In this document: positions 41,601 to 53,188 of the stretch, in pieces | Numbering within the stretch: the first letter of the stretch is position 1 | Layout of the letters: each line of letters opens with the position of its first letter | Assembly (NCBI GenBank): GCA_904063045.1 | Contig: CAJFCJ010000004.1 | Coordinates: forward strand, 1,853,713 to 1,917,712 | DNA: 64,000 nt | Source: Dimorphilus gyrociliatus | Taxonomy: Eukaryota; Animalia; Annelida | Reading direction: 5' to 3' | Made by a program: the position numbers and the translations under genes | Notes under the pieces: model-generated | Seen by the model: only the letters and a program-made list of their open reading frames with translations | What the model was told of the DNA's origin: nothing | The model's database searches: none

Positions 41601-43332
41601 ACCGATGAATCAATGTTATTGTTTGTTAATTTAAGTGTTGATGGTGTCGTCTCCGAAGTTGTTTGATCTGTAGTGAATTTCGTTGAAGTAGTGTGGACTT
41701 TTTCGGTTTTTGCAAATGTTGTAATAGATGAAATTTTTTTGTTAGTCGTTACTGTTTGAACATTAGTTGTTTCAACTGTAGTCTCAGATTCTTTTGTAGT
41801 TGTCGGTTTTTCGGTTGTTATAAGTTCAATTGTACTGGTAGGTTCCACTGTAGTCGTAGCTTTAGTAGTTGTTGGTTCATCTGTAGTAGTAGCTTTGACT
41901 GTTGTCGAGGATTCAGCAGTAGTGGTAGCCTTAATAGTTGTGGTAGGTTCAATAGTAGAGGTAGATTTAACAGTTGTTGTAGGTTCAACAGTAGTTGTAG
42001 GTTTAACAGTAGTCGTTGGTTCAACTGTTGTAGTTGCTCTGACAGTAGTGGTAGGTTTAACAGTTGTTGTAGGTTCAACTGTAGTTGTAGGTTTAACAGT
42101 TGTTGTAGGTTCAACAGTAGTTGTAGGTTTAACAGTAGTCGTTGGTTCAACTGTTGTAGTTGCTCTGACAGTAGTGGTAGGTTTAACAGTTGTTGTAGGT
42201 TCAACTGTAGTTGTAGGTTTAACAGTTGTTGTAGGTTCAACTGTAGTTGTAGGTTTAACAGTTGTAGTTTGTAAAACAGTGGTTGTTTCAATTACTGCAT
42301 TTAGGAAAAGTTAGTAATCTTAAATAATCTAATAATAATGAGTATACCTTTTATCTTGCAAAGCGTATCATATTCCTTAAAGCATTCTCTATCATTATAT
42401 AATCCATACTCCTCGTAAGGATGGTAAGACCTAGTTTTTCTATTCACCCTTACGCACCGCGAATTGTCGTTTGGACTCATCTCCCATAAACTATTCATTG
42501 AACTGACAACAGGAGATCCATCTTTCCAAACAAAATCACTTTTTGAAAAAGGTGGACTTTTTCCAAAATTAGAACAATGAAGACCAATCCAGAAATCCTC
42601 CTCATCCGGTCTGGAATGATATTTTAATTAACGAGAATATGCGCTTTTTATCAAACAACAGTATTAGTGAAATTAATAATTCTTATTGATACAAAATTGA
42701 AAGAAGACTTAAGAGTTCTTATCTTATTGACAAAATATAGGTTTCTTATTGATGCTTCTATTTACATAAAATACAAGATTACATATATAAATTTATATAT
42801 ATACTAATATATGTATACAGTATAGGCAAGATGTTTTAGGTCACTTTGTAAAAGTTTAATTTTTTAAATATTAAATATTAAGATATTACTGAATAACTAC
42901 TTTGAATTGATAATAATAATTATTAATATGTATAAATTAATATCTGTAATTTAGTAATATCTTTAAATTTTACAAAGTGGCCTAAAACATCTTGCCTATA
43001 CTGTATATTTAATGTTGGTATTATTGTTAAAAGATTTCATTGATGCTTTCAAAAAGTTCCTCTAAATAAGATGAAGTATATTTGTATTAAAAAATATATA
43101 CTTACGCTAGAGTGTTAACTATAAAATCCATTTCAGCTTCTGTGGTGACACTTGCTAAAATACCATCACGATCTTTGCAGTAACCGTCGGCATCTGAATA
43201 ATCTCTATCAGTAGTTGAGTATTTATAGCAAGAATTTGTTGTAGCCCAATAGGTCCATCCGCTTTTACATTGCCCATATAGAAATTTATAAAGGGGAAAA
43301 GAAAAGAAAATGTATAGCCAGAGTGACGACAT
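38660..43332 (-). CDS. Type I membrane protein: signal peptide, C-type lectin, Thr-rich mucin, ~8 sushi/CCP modules, TM, basic tail
   Basis: CKSGWTYW...CYKY, FWIGL, FVWKDGS (CTL); TTTV[K/E]P repeats; successive phase-1 exons with C-P...C..G...C...W...C; TM GYIAIGLLLFILFSILLLDL. Confidence 0.82.
41850..42280 (-). repeat. Coding 18-bp tandem repeat (TTTVKP/TTTVEP) with a 126-bp higher-order duplication
   Basis: Units like GTAGTTGTAGGTTTAACA / GTTGTTGTAGGTTCAACT; the block starting at 41991 recurs at 42117. Confidence 0.92.
42818..43003. mobile_element. Tc1/mariner-type MITE (186 bp) in intron 1 of the lectin gene
   Basis: ~41-bp near-perfect terminal inverted repeats CAGTATAGGCAAGATGTTTTAGG(T/C)CACTTTGTAAAA, a TA dinucleotide on both sides, AT-rich non-coding interior. 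Confidence 0.85.
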
Positions 43333-44073
43333 GAATTCACCGGAAATGCTCTATTTGATTTATAATATCCTTGTGTTAGACGCCGTCTATGTTTCAACTT
43401 ATATACATATAAATTTATATGTGTTTAAATAGCGTTATGTACATGGTGACGTTAATTAATTATCATTCAATAGAGATTAAATTAAAGCTTGAATGATTGA
43501 TGAAAGAGTAGTTTCTGTATATTTTGGTGGTTAAAATAATTTTAAGCAGTTTTTGGCAAAATATTAATAGAAATAAATAAAGAATTTATTTAAAATTATC
43601 TTTTCATGTAGAATTCGTGTCCAAGACAAACAAAACACTTGTTGTATATAGTATGTAAATAAAACAAGGGAAATAGACTAACAGAACAATTTCTATAACA
43701 AAAATTACTTAGTTATGTATAAATATCAAATAAGATTTCATCATCTAAGAAGGAAACACGTGTTCAAGATGAGTTTACCTTATAGTTAGATATTTCATTA
43801 TTTCTTACCGTGGAAATGTAAACATTAACCTTGAATTTTTATAAAAATAATTCGCTATTTATATATATATATAAAGCTTAATAATAATGTAATAGAAAAG
43901 GTTAAGGTTAATCCTTAACGCTAAATGACATCAATTCTAAACTATTAATTCAAAGTCCTTTTTACTAAATCAGTATATATATATCTATATATATATTTGT
44001 ATATATAAATATCTATGGAAGACACGATATATACTTTATATATATAACTATACTCACTGGCTATTATTCTTAG

Positions 44074-45691
44074 TTAAAATTCATCTTTTACAGTTTTCAT
44101 ATTTTTATCTAAATTCGAATAAGGTGTCTCTAAAGATTTTAGAAGATGTTTTCGGTTAGTTGTTGGAGGTAGGCTTTCGTGATCTAGAGGATACAAAGGT
44201 ACACTCCATTGCTCCGTGTTGATAAAAGCTTCTGGAGAGTAGTCCTCTTGAATATAATATGTCCAGTCAGTTTTTGGTTTATAGTGAAGAAAGGCATTTG
44301 CAAATATCTTTCCTTGAAAAGGATAAGGTCTTGCGTGTATCAGTCTCGTCGATTCGTAGAAGAGCATTTCGCCAGGACTAAGGCTTACATTTTTTTGATT
44401 ACCTTCGTAGTCGATAACAGTTAAAGGCCAATCTTCTTGGCCATCTAAATCTTTGTGAATCTATCAAAGGATGTAAAAAAATAACTTTTTAATCAGTTAA
44501 TTCTTTATAAGACGATCTAAAGGATTTCACCTGTAAAATTGTTGAAATGACATGAGTTTCAATTCTATCAACATGATATCTAAGCACAGCTCCCTTATAA
44601 TACTCCCTTATACCGTAAAGGGCTGTCATATCTAGTTCACAATTGCACCATTCTGATAGCATTGGAAGCAAATAGCTAGCAACTTCATACCTGATCTCAT
44701 CACCAAGCCAAACAAGAGTTGTTTTATAGTTTTGCTGATTAATTAAGCTATCTTTTGGATCCTTTTCGGTAAATCTATATTCAATATTATCATTATAAAA
44801 AGTAAGTATTTTGTTAAATATTTCTTCTGGAATTTTCAATTTATAGAAACCATCTTTTGTATAATTCTGAACAACTCTTGGTTGTTTTAAGTTTAATAGA
44901 CTTCTTTTAGCATTTGCCCAGTTTTCTATTTGGCGTATTCTCCCATTAGATACATCATGTAAATCTTGTACTTGTAGCCAAAAGCGTAAATCGTGCACCT
45001 CTTCTTGTTGTAATGTGATTTTATTATCATTCTCAATATTATAAGCGCTATAAAAGTTACCAAAACTATTGACAATTAATCTATCAAAATAGTACATTGA
45101 AACATTCTTCTTTTCATGTGGTTCAAGTGAAAAAGGAATTGGATAATAGTTTTTTCTTAATTTATCAGATTTTGAATCTAATAAAAACGAGACATCGAAT
45201 TTTCTTTTTGTTTCGTTTTCTACTAAAATATTCATTTTTAATTGGGACCAGGCCCAAGGGATAAATTCTTCTTCGTTGCCGATATTCCATATTTTAGCGT
45301 CGCTCCAATTTTCTCCTTTCTTAATGAAAGCGACTGATGGATAATCGAAAATACCAAAAGTCTCTGGTAAGCTTTTAAATAGTTTATACCAAATAAACTC
45401 ATTGCATTTAATATGATCGTGAATAAAAAAGGAAACGTATTGAGGGGGCGGAAGATAGTAGGAGCTTATCATATGCTCTTCTACAACATCTTCGCAATAT
45501 TCAGTTTTGAAAAGTAGAAATGTCGGACTCCTGGCTCCTTTTCCATCTAAAATTAGCATAACGTCCTCCAAGTGTTCTTTGGTATAAATCTCCTCGAAAG
45601 GCTGTTGAGTTTCCTGATAGTCTTTAATAGATTCATATAAATGCACTTTGTAGATTATACATGATATCAATAAAAATATAAAGGATTTCAT
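44074..45691 (-). CDS. Secretory-pathway 2OG-Fe(II) oxygenase superfamily protein (2 exons), C-terminal KDEF
   Basis: Signal peptide MKSFIFLLISC; YGIREY...LRYHVDRIETHVIS (HxD); DWPL...PGEMLFYES...HARP (distal His); ends KTVKDEF*. Confidence 0.72.
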
Positions 45692-45973
45692 GTCAGTGAC
45701 AGCAGGTCGACAAGATACAATTTTTAAGCGCGGAATGTAGATACCGCTTGAAAAATTTCTATACAATACAACGCATTTGATATTGTTCAATACAATATTC
45801 CAGGTCTACTTAAACCCTGCCCACGCTTCTCCTACTCCTATGAAGTCTAAAATATTCCGTAACAAAAGTTTATTTTACTGAACGTATATACATAAATCGT
45901 CATCAATTCAGGGCCTATATCAAAATGGATTCCTAAATAATCTATACATTTCAATAATTATTACAAAAGATAG

Positions 45974-46720
45974 TCAGTTTATGTTCTTAATATCAAGGTT
46001 TACAGAGAAATGTCGGTTAATAATTAAACGCATAATCTTTAATTTTCTTCTTGCTGAATACTCACTAATAGGCATTATGGATTTTCCAGCGAGAAAACCT
46101 TCAGATTCTGACTCTTTAGTATTCTCCAATGCTTCATAATTGGAGCATACGGTGAGTCTATCCAATAAACTTTTATGATAATTGTCTAACTGTTCTCAAA
46201 GAACCATCCAATAGTGCAGTAGATAACATGCTCCATTCGGAACTTTCAATGTCACGAAGTCTGAACCACTTAAGCCAGCTCACTTCTTTTCTTTTTAACA
46301 TTTTTCATTGATGGATCAAGTGACCTATCCATACATTCTTTCTCCTTTGATATAGCATCGTTAAATGGCAATTTATTTTTTATATAAAAGAATTTATTAC
46401 TACTTTACATTTATGATCTATTCATTTAGAAATAGGGTTCATTGCAGAAATAGGTAAATTAGAATATCGAACAAAAGAGTAATAATGTAGAAAAATAGAA
46501 GGAAATGTCTCAAAGATACGATATAGATCTGTCTTTTCTCGCTACAAACATGATCTAAACAGGCTGTCTGCTCTTTTTTCAATTTTAACGATTTTTAATA
46601 ATTTTGCGCAGACTTCCGATGAATGTTGATATTAAAGTTATATCTATGGTAAAGATTCAACAATAGGAATATAGTTGGTACGAGAATAAACCAAAACTCC
46701 TCTAAATAGAATTCTGAGAA
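45974..46720 (-). pseudogene. Degenerate third METTL24-like copy
   Basis: Exon-1-like remnant FWFILVPTIFLLLNLYHRY...*...TACLDHVCSEKRQIYIVS. Fragments at 46200-46380 align to 50440-50720 with large deletions and frameshifts; ESEGFL remnant in ORF 45974-46165. Confidence 0.72.
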
Positions 46721-47240
46721 TTTTAATTGTGAACTTGCACCTACAAAAAAGAATAAGGCGTCATAAAAATGTTAATTTCGACTGATATATGCTGATGGCT
46801 TAAAAATCTGCCTGATGAAATAGAATCATTATATTTGTTTGAATCAATGATTGAAAAGACATATTTTCGATCACCAGAGTTTTTTATGGGACTATACCAA
46901 TGTCACAACTATATAAAAACAGATAAATCTGATGTAATCTATATATTTCATTATTTATTTAAGAAAATAACAGTTTCTATTTTTAATATTAATGTCTTTT
47001 AAACAAATGTTTGTGAAAATTCTAAGATGTGATTTTACAATTTTGCAAAAGTGTTCAGTACAAGTTAATTCTAATTTTGATAACTTGAGATATCATGCTG
47101 TTTATATGCTTATTTATTAAATTCACAGTGGAAAAAAATGAAAAATAAGCAGAATTCATTAAGACATTCTACCATCAAAAACAACAAGGAAATTTTAACT
47201 CATAGTAATAAATTCAATATGACGTTTCTTTAATTACACT

Positions 47241-48808
47241 TTATATAATAAATTTTAGGTTTATGTAATAAACTTCTATACAATTTACTCTTGTTGATGT
47301 ATACTGATTTGGTTTCATTGTCCATTCATTTATATGAGTTTTCCATCGAAGGAAACCTTCAGATTCTAATCTCTTTAATAATTTCCAACGTTCAACAATT
47401 GGACGGTAAGGAGATCCTATACCGTGGAGCTCGAAACTTATTTGTTTCACTTTTGAAAACGAACCATCCACTAAGGCAGTTTCAAATAACAACCACTCCG
47501 AACTTTCGATATCAAATTTTAAATAATCTATTACCTTATCTTCATCGTTAAACGTTCTCAAAACTGATCTCCAACTGCGCATAGTCCACTGCTGTTCATT
47601 CACAAAATCTGAACCGCTTAAACCAATTTCATAAAACGAAACCAACTCGCTTCTTTTCTCTTTAACATTTCTCATTGATGGATCAAATGATCTAACTTTA
47701 CATCCTTTCTCCTTTGATATGGCATCATCGAATGAAAAATCGTTGTTAATACCGAAAGAGTATACTTTACAATTTTCTTCTGAAATTAAATTGTAGTGAA
47801 GACAAACATCCCAACCTCCATCATATGGTTTGCCAAATCTTTTGAAGACCGGACAATTAATAGTAGGTGACAGAATCCATTTGTAAAATCGTTCCATTAA
47901 TAACTCATTGTCTAGATATTTATGCAGATAGACTTCATACATGAGCTGCTCCGCTTCATAATTGAAAAATTCCACTTGAGAATTTTCGTCATGTCTTATT
48001 CTCCTGGCATAATCCATTTGAATCACAGGCTTATGTAAATGTAACTCCTTTTGAACAAATATATAGATATTATAGGGTGTGCTGAAGGCTTTAGAAGCAA
48101 TTGTCATCATTTCATGATCAACAAGAAATTGATTATACAAGGAGAGTTTTAATTTTGGTATCTTTAGAATAAGATATTTTATATGTCGAATGGCATCAGT
48201 TGCAATGGCGGTTTTTATTATATTCTCTAGATACTTTGATTCCGATAAATAGACTATATCGAGGATATCAGTTTCAAGTTGTTGAAATGCTGTGGCTAAC
48301 GAATACGAGTTGATATTGGCAATATAAGGTTTATGTAAAATCGGTCGTTTTCCTTCGGTTCCCGTTAAAGGAACATCGGTCATTATGATATCTTTATTAC
48401 TGTCTGATTTCCTAAGAACAAATTTATAGAATTGAATAGATTTAAGTTTAAATGAAAGAAGATATTGTAATATTAAAGTACTTTTTATCAAAAATTATGG
48501 CTCGAACTCTTTTTGCTTTGATTAATCTTTCATCCCATTCTGGACTAAGGTGTTTACTGAAACAGATAAATGAGAACAATGAACAAACTAGTAATAATAT
48601 ATTGAAATATAATTGAATACCTTGAAGATACGACATATATTTGTCTCTTCTCGTTATAGACGTAATCTAAGCAGACAGTTAAATTTTTTTCAATTTGAAA
48701 TGAATGCTTGCAGCCCAATCTCGAATTTCCTCTATGGATACTTTGAACTCCGTTTGTATAATTGATATTCAAGATAGTTATAATAATTATTAGAAGAATA
48801 TACCGCAT
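47241..48808 (-). CDS. METTL24-like (Methyltransf_22/FkbM-type) type II membrane methyltransferase, copy 1, 3 exons
   Basis: N-terminal hydrophobic anchor; DGGWDVC, CKVYSFGINNDFSFDD, GCKVRSFDPS, IDYLKFDIESSEW, VKQISFELH. Confidence 0.85.
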
Positions 48809-50217
48809 TTTTGTAGATTTTATAACTGAACATTTATAGTTCCAGCCCGAAGAAAATATTTTGATAACCACTCAGATGTATATTTGATACGAAGATTCTT
48901 TAAATGTGATATACTCAATATGCAAATGCAGCCTATAGACAAGGATTATACTCAATCGAACTCAACAGAGGAATGTCTGAAAGTATTTTCTCATATTTAA
49001 ACTCTTTCCTCAATCCTAAATTTTTCAAATTAGTGAACAGAGGACATAAGTAGGTCGTTTTAGATTAAACACACCTGGAACAATAATTGCTAGAAAGTTA
49101 GAGTCTTGTGTACAGGTAAGACAAGATTCAAGTATTACTCTTAACTTTAAGGAGAACATTTTGAATTTATAGCTATTGAATACTTATGTGATAAATTAAT
49201 AAAAATTGAGCTGTGATACAAATATCGAATAATAATTTTAAAACATTTGTTCGCTCATAATGAAAGTTCATACAACATACTCTTTTTAGTAATACCGAGT
49301 AAGTAATTTAATTATATATCTTCTTTCAAAGTTTATAGTACTGTGTTTGAAAGACATTACATCATTGATAAAATAGGAGTTATCGCGAGAAGACTCTTTT
49401 TCGCAAAATACCTATAATCTCAAAGTAATAATTTGATTAATTATTCTCTTCTTCGTCAGCATATTTACACAATATTCACCTCTGGCTAAGAATTCTAGAT
49501 CCTTCTTTATTTGCTTAGCATAAATTTTATTAAAGTAAATATAATGACATGCAGTTAAATTGCTTTTCTTTCACGTCATGATCATTTCAAATAAGAATTC
49601 TAAATTCTTAATTTCTTATTCATTATATTTGTTTGACGATTATTAACATCAAAATCATAAAATTGTTAAACTAATTGTCAGAGATTATAAAAAATTCAGA
49701 CTTTTCTATTTGTCTGACTTGTTCAATGACTATGCTAAAAAGGGAACACAACACTGTAAACGAAGCTATTTGTTTAACAAACCTTTCGTAATTACATTAC
49801 CATAAAGGAAAAACAAGCCTATTGTCTTCGTAGCCACCAAGTGCTTTCGTCTCCTTATACATATATGTATAAGGATGCCATCAACCAACAATCTTTCTAA
49901 ATAAACATAAAAAGTAAAAAGAACTATAAACGGAGAATAATTGCTAATTCTATGGAAAATAATGAAAAGATTCATCTTCTAAGAATTCCAAGTCATTATC
50001 ATTGACATCTACAGCATTGACAGTCAATAAATTGTAATGATGAAAGTACTTATGCTATAAGATTTTTATAATGATAAAACCTACAAAAAAAATTAATATG
50101 TTTATAAAATAATAATTTTCGAACCATTTTTAATAGAATACGATAATTAATCTAATTGATTACTAATCTCTTAAAGGTAAAGACTTGATAACAATAACAA
50201 AACCATGGTATTAAACT

Positions 50218-51811
50218 TTATTTAATATAATTAATGTTGATATAATATAGTTCTAAACAATGTACTCTCAATGTTGAGTACTCAACAGCATCCATTGTCC
50301 AGGAGTTTATATGAGTTTTCCATCGAAGGAAACCTTCAGATTCTAATCTCTTTAGTAATCTCCAATGCTTTATAATTGGAGCATATGGTGAACCAATACT
50401 GTGAACTTCTAGTGATAATTGCTTAACTTTTCTCAAAGAACTATCTGCTAGTGCAGTAGATAACATATTCCATTCGGAACCTTCAACGTCAAATTTTAAA
50501 TAATCTATTACATTATCTTCATCGTTAAACGTTCTCAAAACTGATCTCCAACTGCGCATAGTCCACTGCTGTTCATTCACAAAATCTGAACCGCTTAAAC
50601 CAATTTCATAAAACGAAACCAACTCGCTTCTTTTCTCTTTAACATTTCTCATTGATGGATCAAATGATCTAACTTTACATCCTTTCTCCTTTGATATGGC
50701 ATCATCGAATGAAAAATCGTTGTTAATACCGAAAGAGTATACTTTACAATTTTCTTCTGAAATTAAATTGTAGTGAAGACAAACATCCCAACCTCCATCA
50801 TATGGTTTGCCAAATCTTTTGAAGACCGGACAATTAATAGTAGGTGACAGAATCCATTTGTAAAATCGTTCCATTAATAACTCATTGTCCAGATACTTAT
50901 GCAGATAGACTTCATACATGAGCTGCTCCGCTTCATAATTGAAAAATTCCACTTGAGAATTTTCGTCATGTCTTATTCTCCTGGCATAATCCATTTGAAT
51001 CACAGGCTTATGTAAATGTAACTCCTTTTGAACAAATATATAGATATTATAAGATTTGTTGTAGGCTTTAGAAGCAATTGTCATCATTTCATGATCAACA
51101 AGAAATTTACCATAAAAGGAGAGTTTTAATTTTGGTATCTTTAGAATAAGATATTTTATATGTCGAATGGCATCAGTTGCAATGGCGGTTTTTATTATAT
51201 TCTCTAGATACTTTGATTCCGATAAATAGACTATATCGAGGATGTCAGTTTCGAGTTGTTGAAATGCTGTGGCTAACGAATACGAGTTGATATTGGCAAT
51301 ATAAGGTTTATGTAAAATCGGTCGTTTTCCTTCGGTTCCCGTTAAAGGAACATCGGTCATTATGATATCTTTATTACTGTCTGATTTCCTAAGAACAAAT
51401 TTATAGAATTGAATAGATTTAAGTTTAAATGAAAGAAGATATTGTAATATTAAAGTACTTTTTATCAAAAATTATGGCTCGAACTCTTTTTGCTTTGATT
51501 AATCTTTCATCCCATTCTGGACTAAGGTGTTTACTGAAACAGATAAATGAGAACAATGAACAACTAGTAATAATATATTGAAATATAATTGAATACCTTG
51601 AAGATACGACATATATTTGTCTCTTCTCGTTATAGACGTAATCTAAGCAGACAGTTAAATTGTTTTCAATTTTAAATGACTTTTGACATTCTTTCAGTGA
51701 CATTTCGACTATGTTGACATTAGATTGATATCCATGGTAAATGTTCAATAATAGGAGTATAATTGGAATAAGAATGAACAAAATCTTTTTGAAAGAGAAT
51801 TTGATTCTCAT
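50218..51811 (-). CDS. METTL24-like methyltransferase, copy 2, 3 exons
   Basis: Same motifs as copy 1 (IDYLKFDVEGSEW, VKQLSLEVH), at a constant 2977-bp offset. Confidence 0.85.
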
Positions 51812-52299
51812 ATTGAAGTTATTCTCTTATCGACAATGTTTCTTCAGAATTTTAATCCCAACTGACAAAATACTTTTGTCGAATATCTATAAGTCTACCA
51901 CTTATAATCAGGTGATTTTTGTTAATTATGTACTCATATTGAGTTCTGAACTGGTTAATGAAGGTTTGGTATTTTTTGTTTAATCTCTATTACGAAGAGC
52001 TAATACAATGTCACTAAGCCATGGTTTGCGTAATAGTAAAGGCTTATGAGTGATATAATGATACAAATTGACCATCTAAAAAAATAACTATATTTGATAA
52101 TATTGGTAATGACAAGCCAGTTATTAGATATTATAATGAGCGCTTTATCGTAGAAGACTTAAAACTTGATATCTATTATTGCTTCTAAATAGATATTGAA
52201 TTTAAGATTAGAAGCAACTTTCAGCATAAATAAATCTTAACAAGGCAACTCAAATTGAGTAGATTTGCTTAACTAAAGTAAAGCAGACGATAAGAACTG

Positions 52300-52930
52300 T
52301 TAAAAATATAAAAAGCTGATGACTATGTCGGTAAATCGTTGCTGAGTAGATCAAAAGTCTTTGAATGGATTTCATGGTTGAAATATGGGAAAAGAGATTT
52401 CCATGATAAGCCAACATCGGCATTTCCACTTTCCTCCAGTAACTAAAGAGTAGACAAGGAAAGGAGTGGTTAGCAGGAAAAATTGTTGTTATAGTTTTTG
52501 GGACAGTAAAGAGTCATCTGCAATGATTTTAAGAAGGGGAAGACTAGAGTTAACTATTCTACGATATTGAGAGAAAAGTTAAAGCCAGCTATAATGATAA
52601 ATTAATTTTGAAGAGAGTGCTCCTTCTTCAATAAGATGATACCATGACTCACACACAGCGCAGTTTACTCTAATTCAAGTAGAATAGACTTTTTGTAAAG
52701 TTTAGCCATAGTTTCTTTATCAATTTCTTATAAACAATCTACTCCTTAATTGTTATTGAAAGAGATTTTAAAAATTATGGAACAAATGCAAGGTGTGACA
52801 TTCAAACAAATTACAAAAGTTAAGAAATTAGAGACGCCTAAGGCGAAGAAGTCACTTAAGTAGAAGAAATACTAATACAATAAGAGAGGTTTTCCTTAAG
52901 AATGTATCATTATGGGTTGAATACATAGCT
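52300..52930 (+). mobile_element. Decayed mariner transposase fossil
   Basis: Broken-frame peptides LLSRSKVFEW...HDKPTS, AGKIVVIVFWDSK, LREKLKPAI and RVLLLQ..D...HT echo mariner motifs (SRTQVFEW, SAGKVMATVFWDSKG, LLHDNAPAHT). Multiple stops and frameshifts; no TIR identified. Confidence 0.72.
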
Positions 52931-53188
52931 TGATTTAATCGAATCAATCCATTATATATTGATTTAAAATGTATAAAATTATTATGCGACATTTGCTATA
53001 TAAATAAAATACTTTTTAGATTATATAAACAGCGGAAATGACCTGTTATGTTAACTCTAATTTTGTCTATAAAAAAGATAATTGATGGAATATCCACACA
53101 GTGCTAAATATGTTAATTGTTTATAGTACAAATGAGGAACTGTGCAAACTGCATAGTTACTTTAGTTATTGAATACTCTCTAACTTCC

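Noticed and set aside
41756-42314. Cys-rich, Val-rich and Leu/Gln-rich ORFs (41756-42274 +, 41895-42314 +, 41818-42291 -), and a possible CRISPR-like array
   Set aside because: These are alternative-frame readings of the 18-bp Thr-rich coding repeat. Units are contiguous with no unique spacers and no cas genes are present.
43826-43912. TTAACCTT...AAGGTTAA inverted pair as a piggyBac-like element
   Set aside because: Only 8 bp of inverted match in very AT-rich DNA; expected by chance.
49766-49975. Short ORF between the METTL24-like copies, and similar 60-80 aa AT-rich ORFs (e.g. 9842-10078, 27699-27896, 34081-34269)
   Set aside because: Low-complexity, intron- or UTR-like composition, no motifs and no supporting splice structure.
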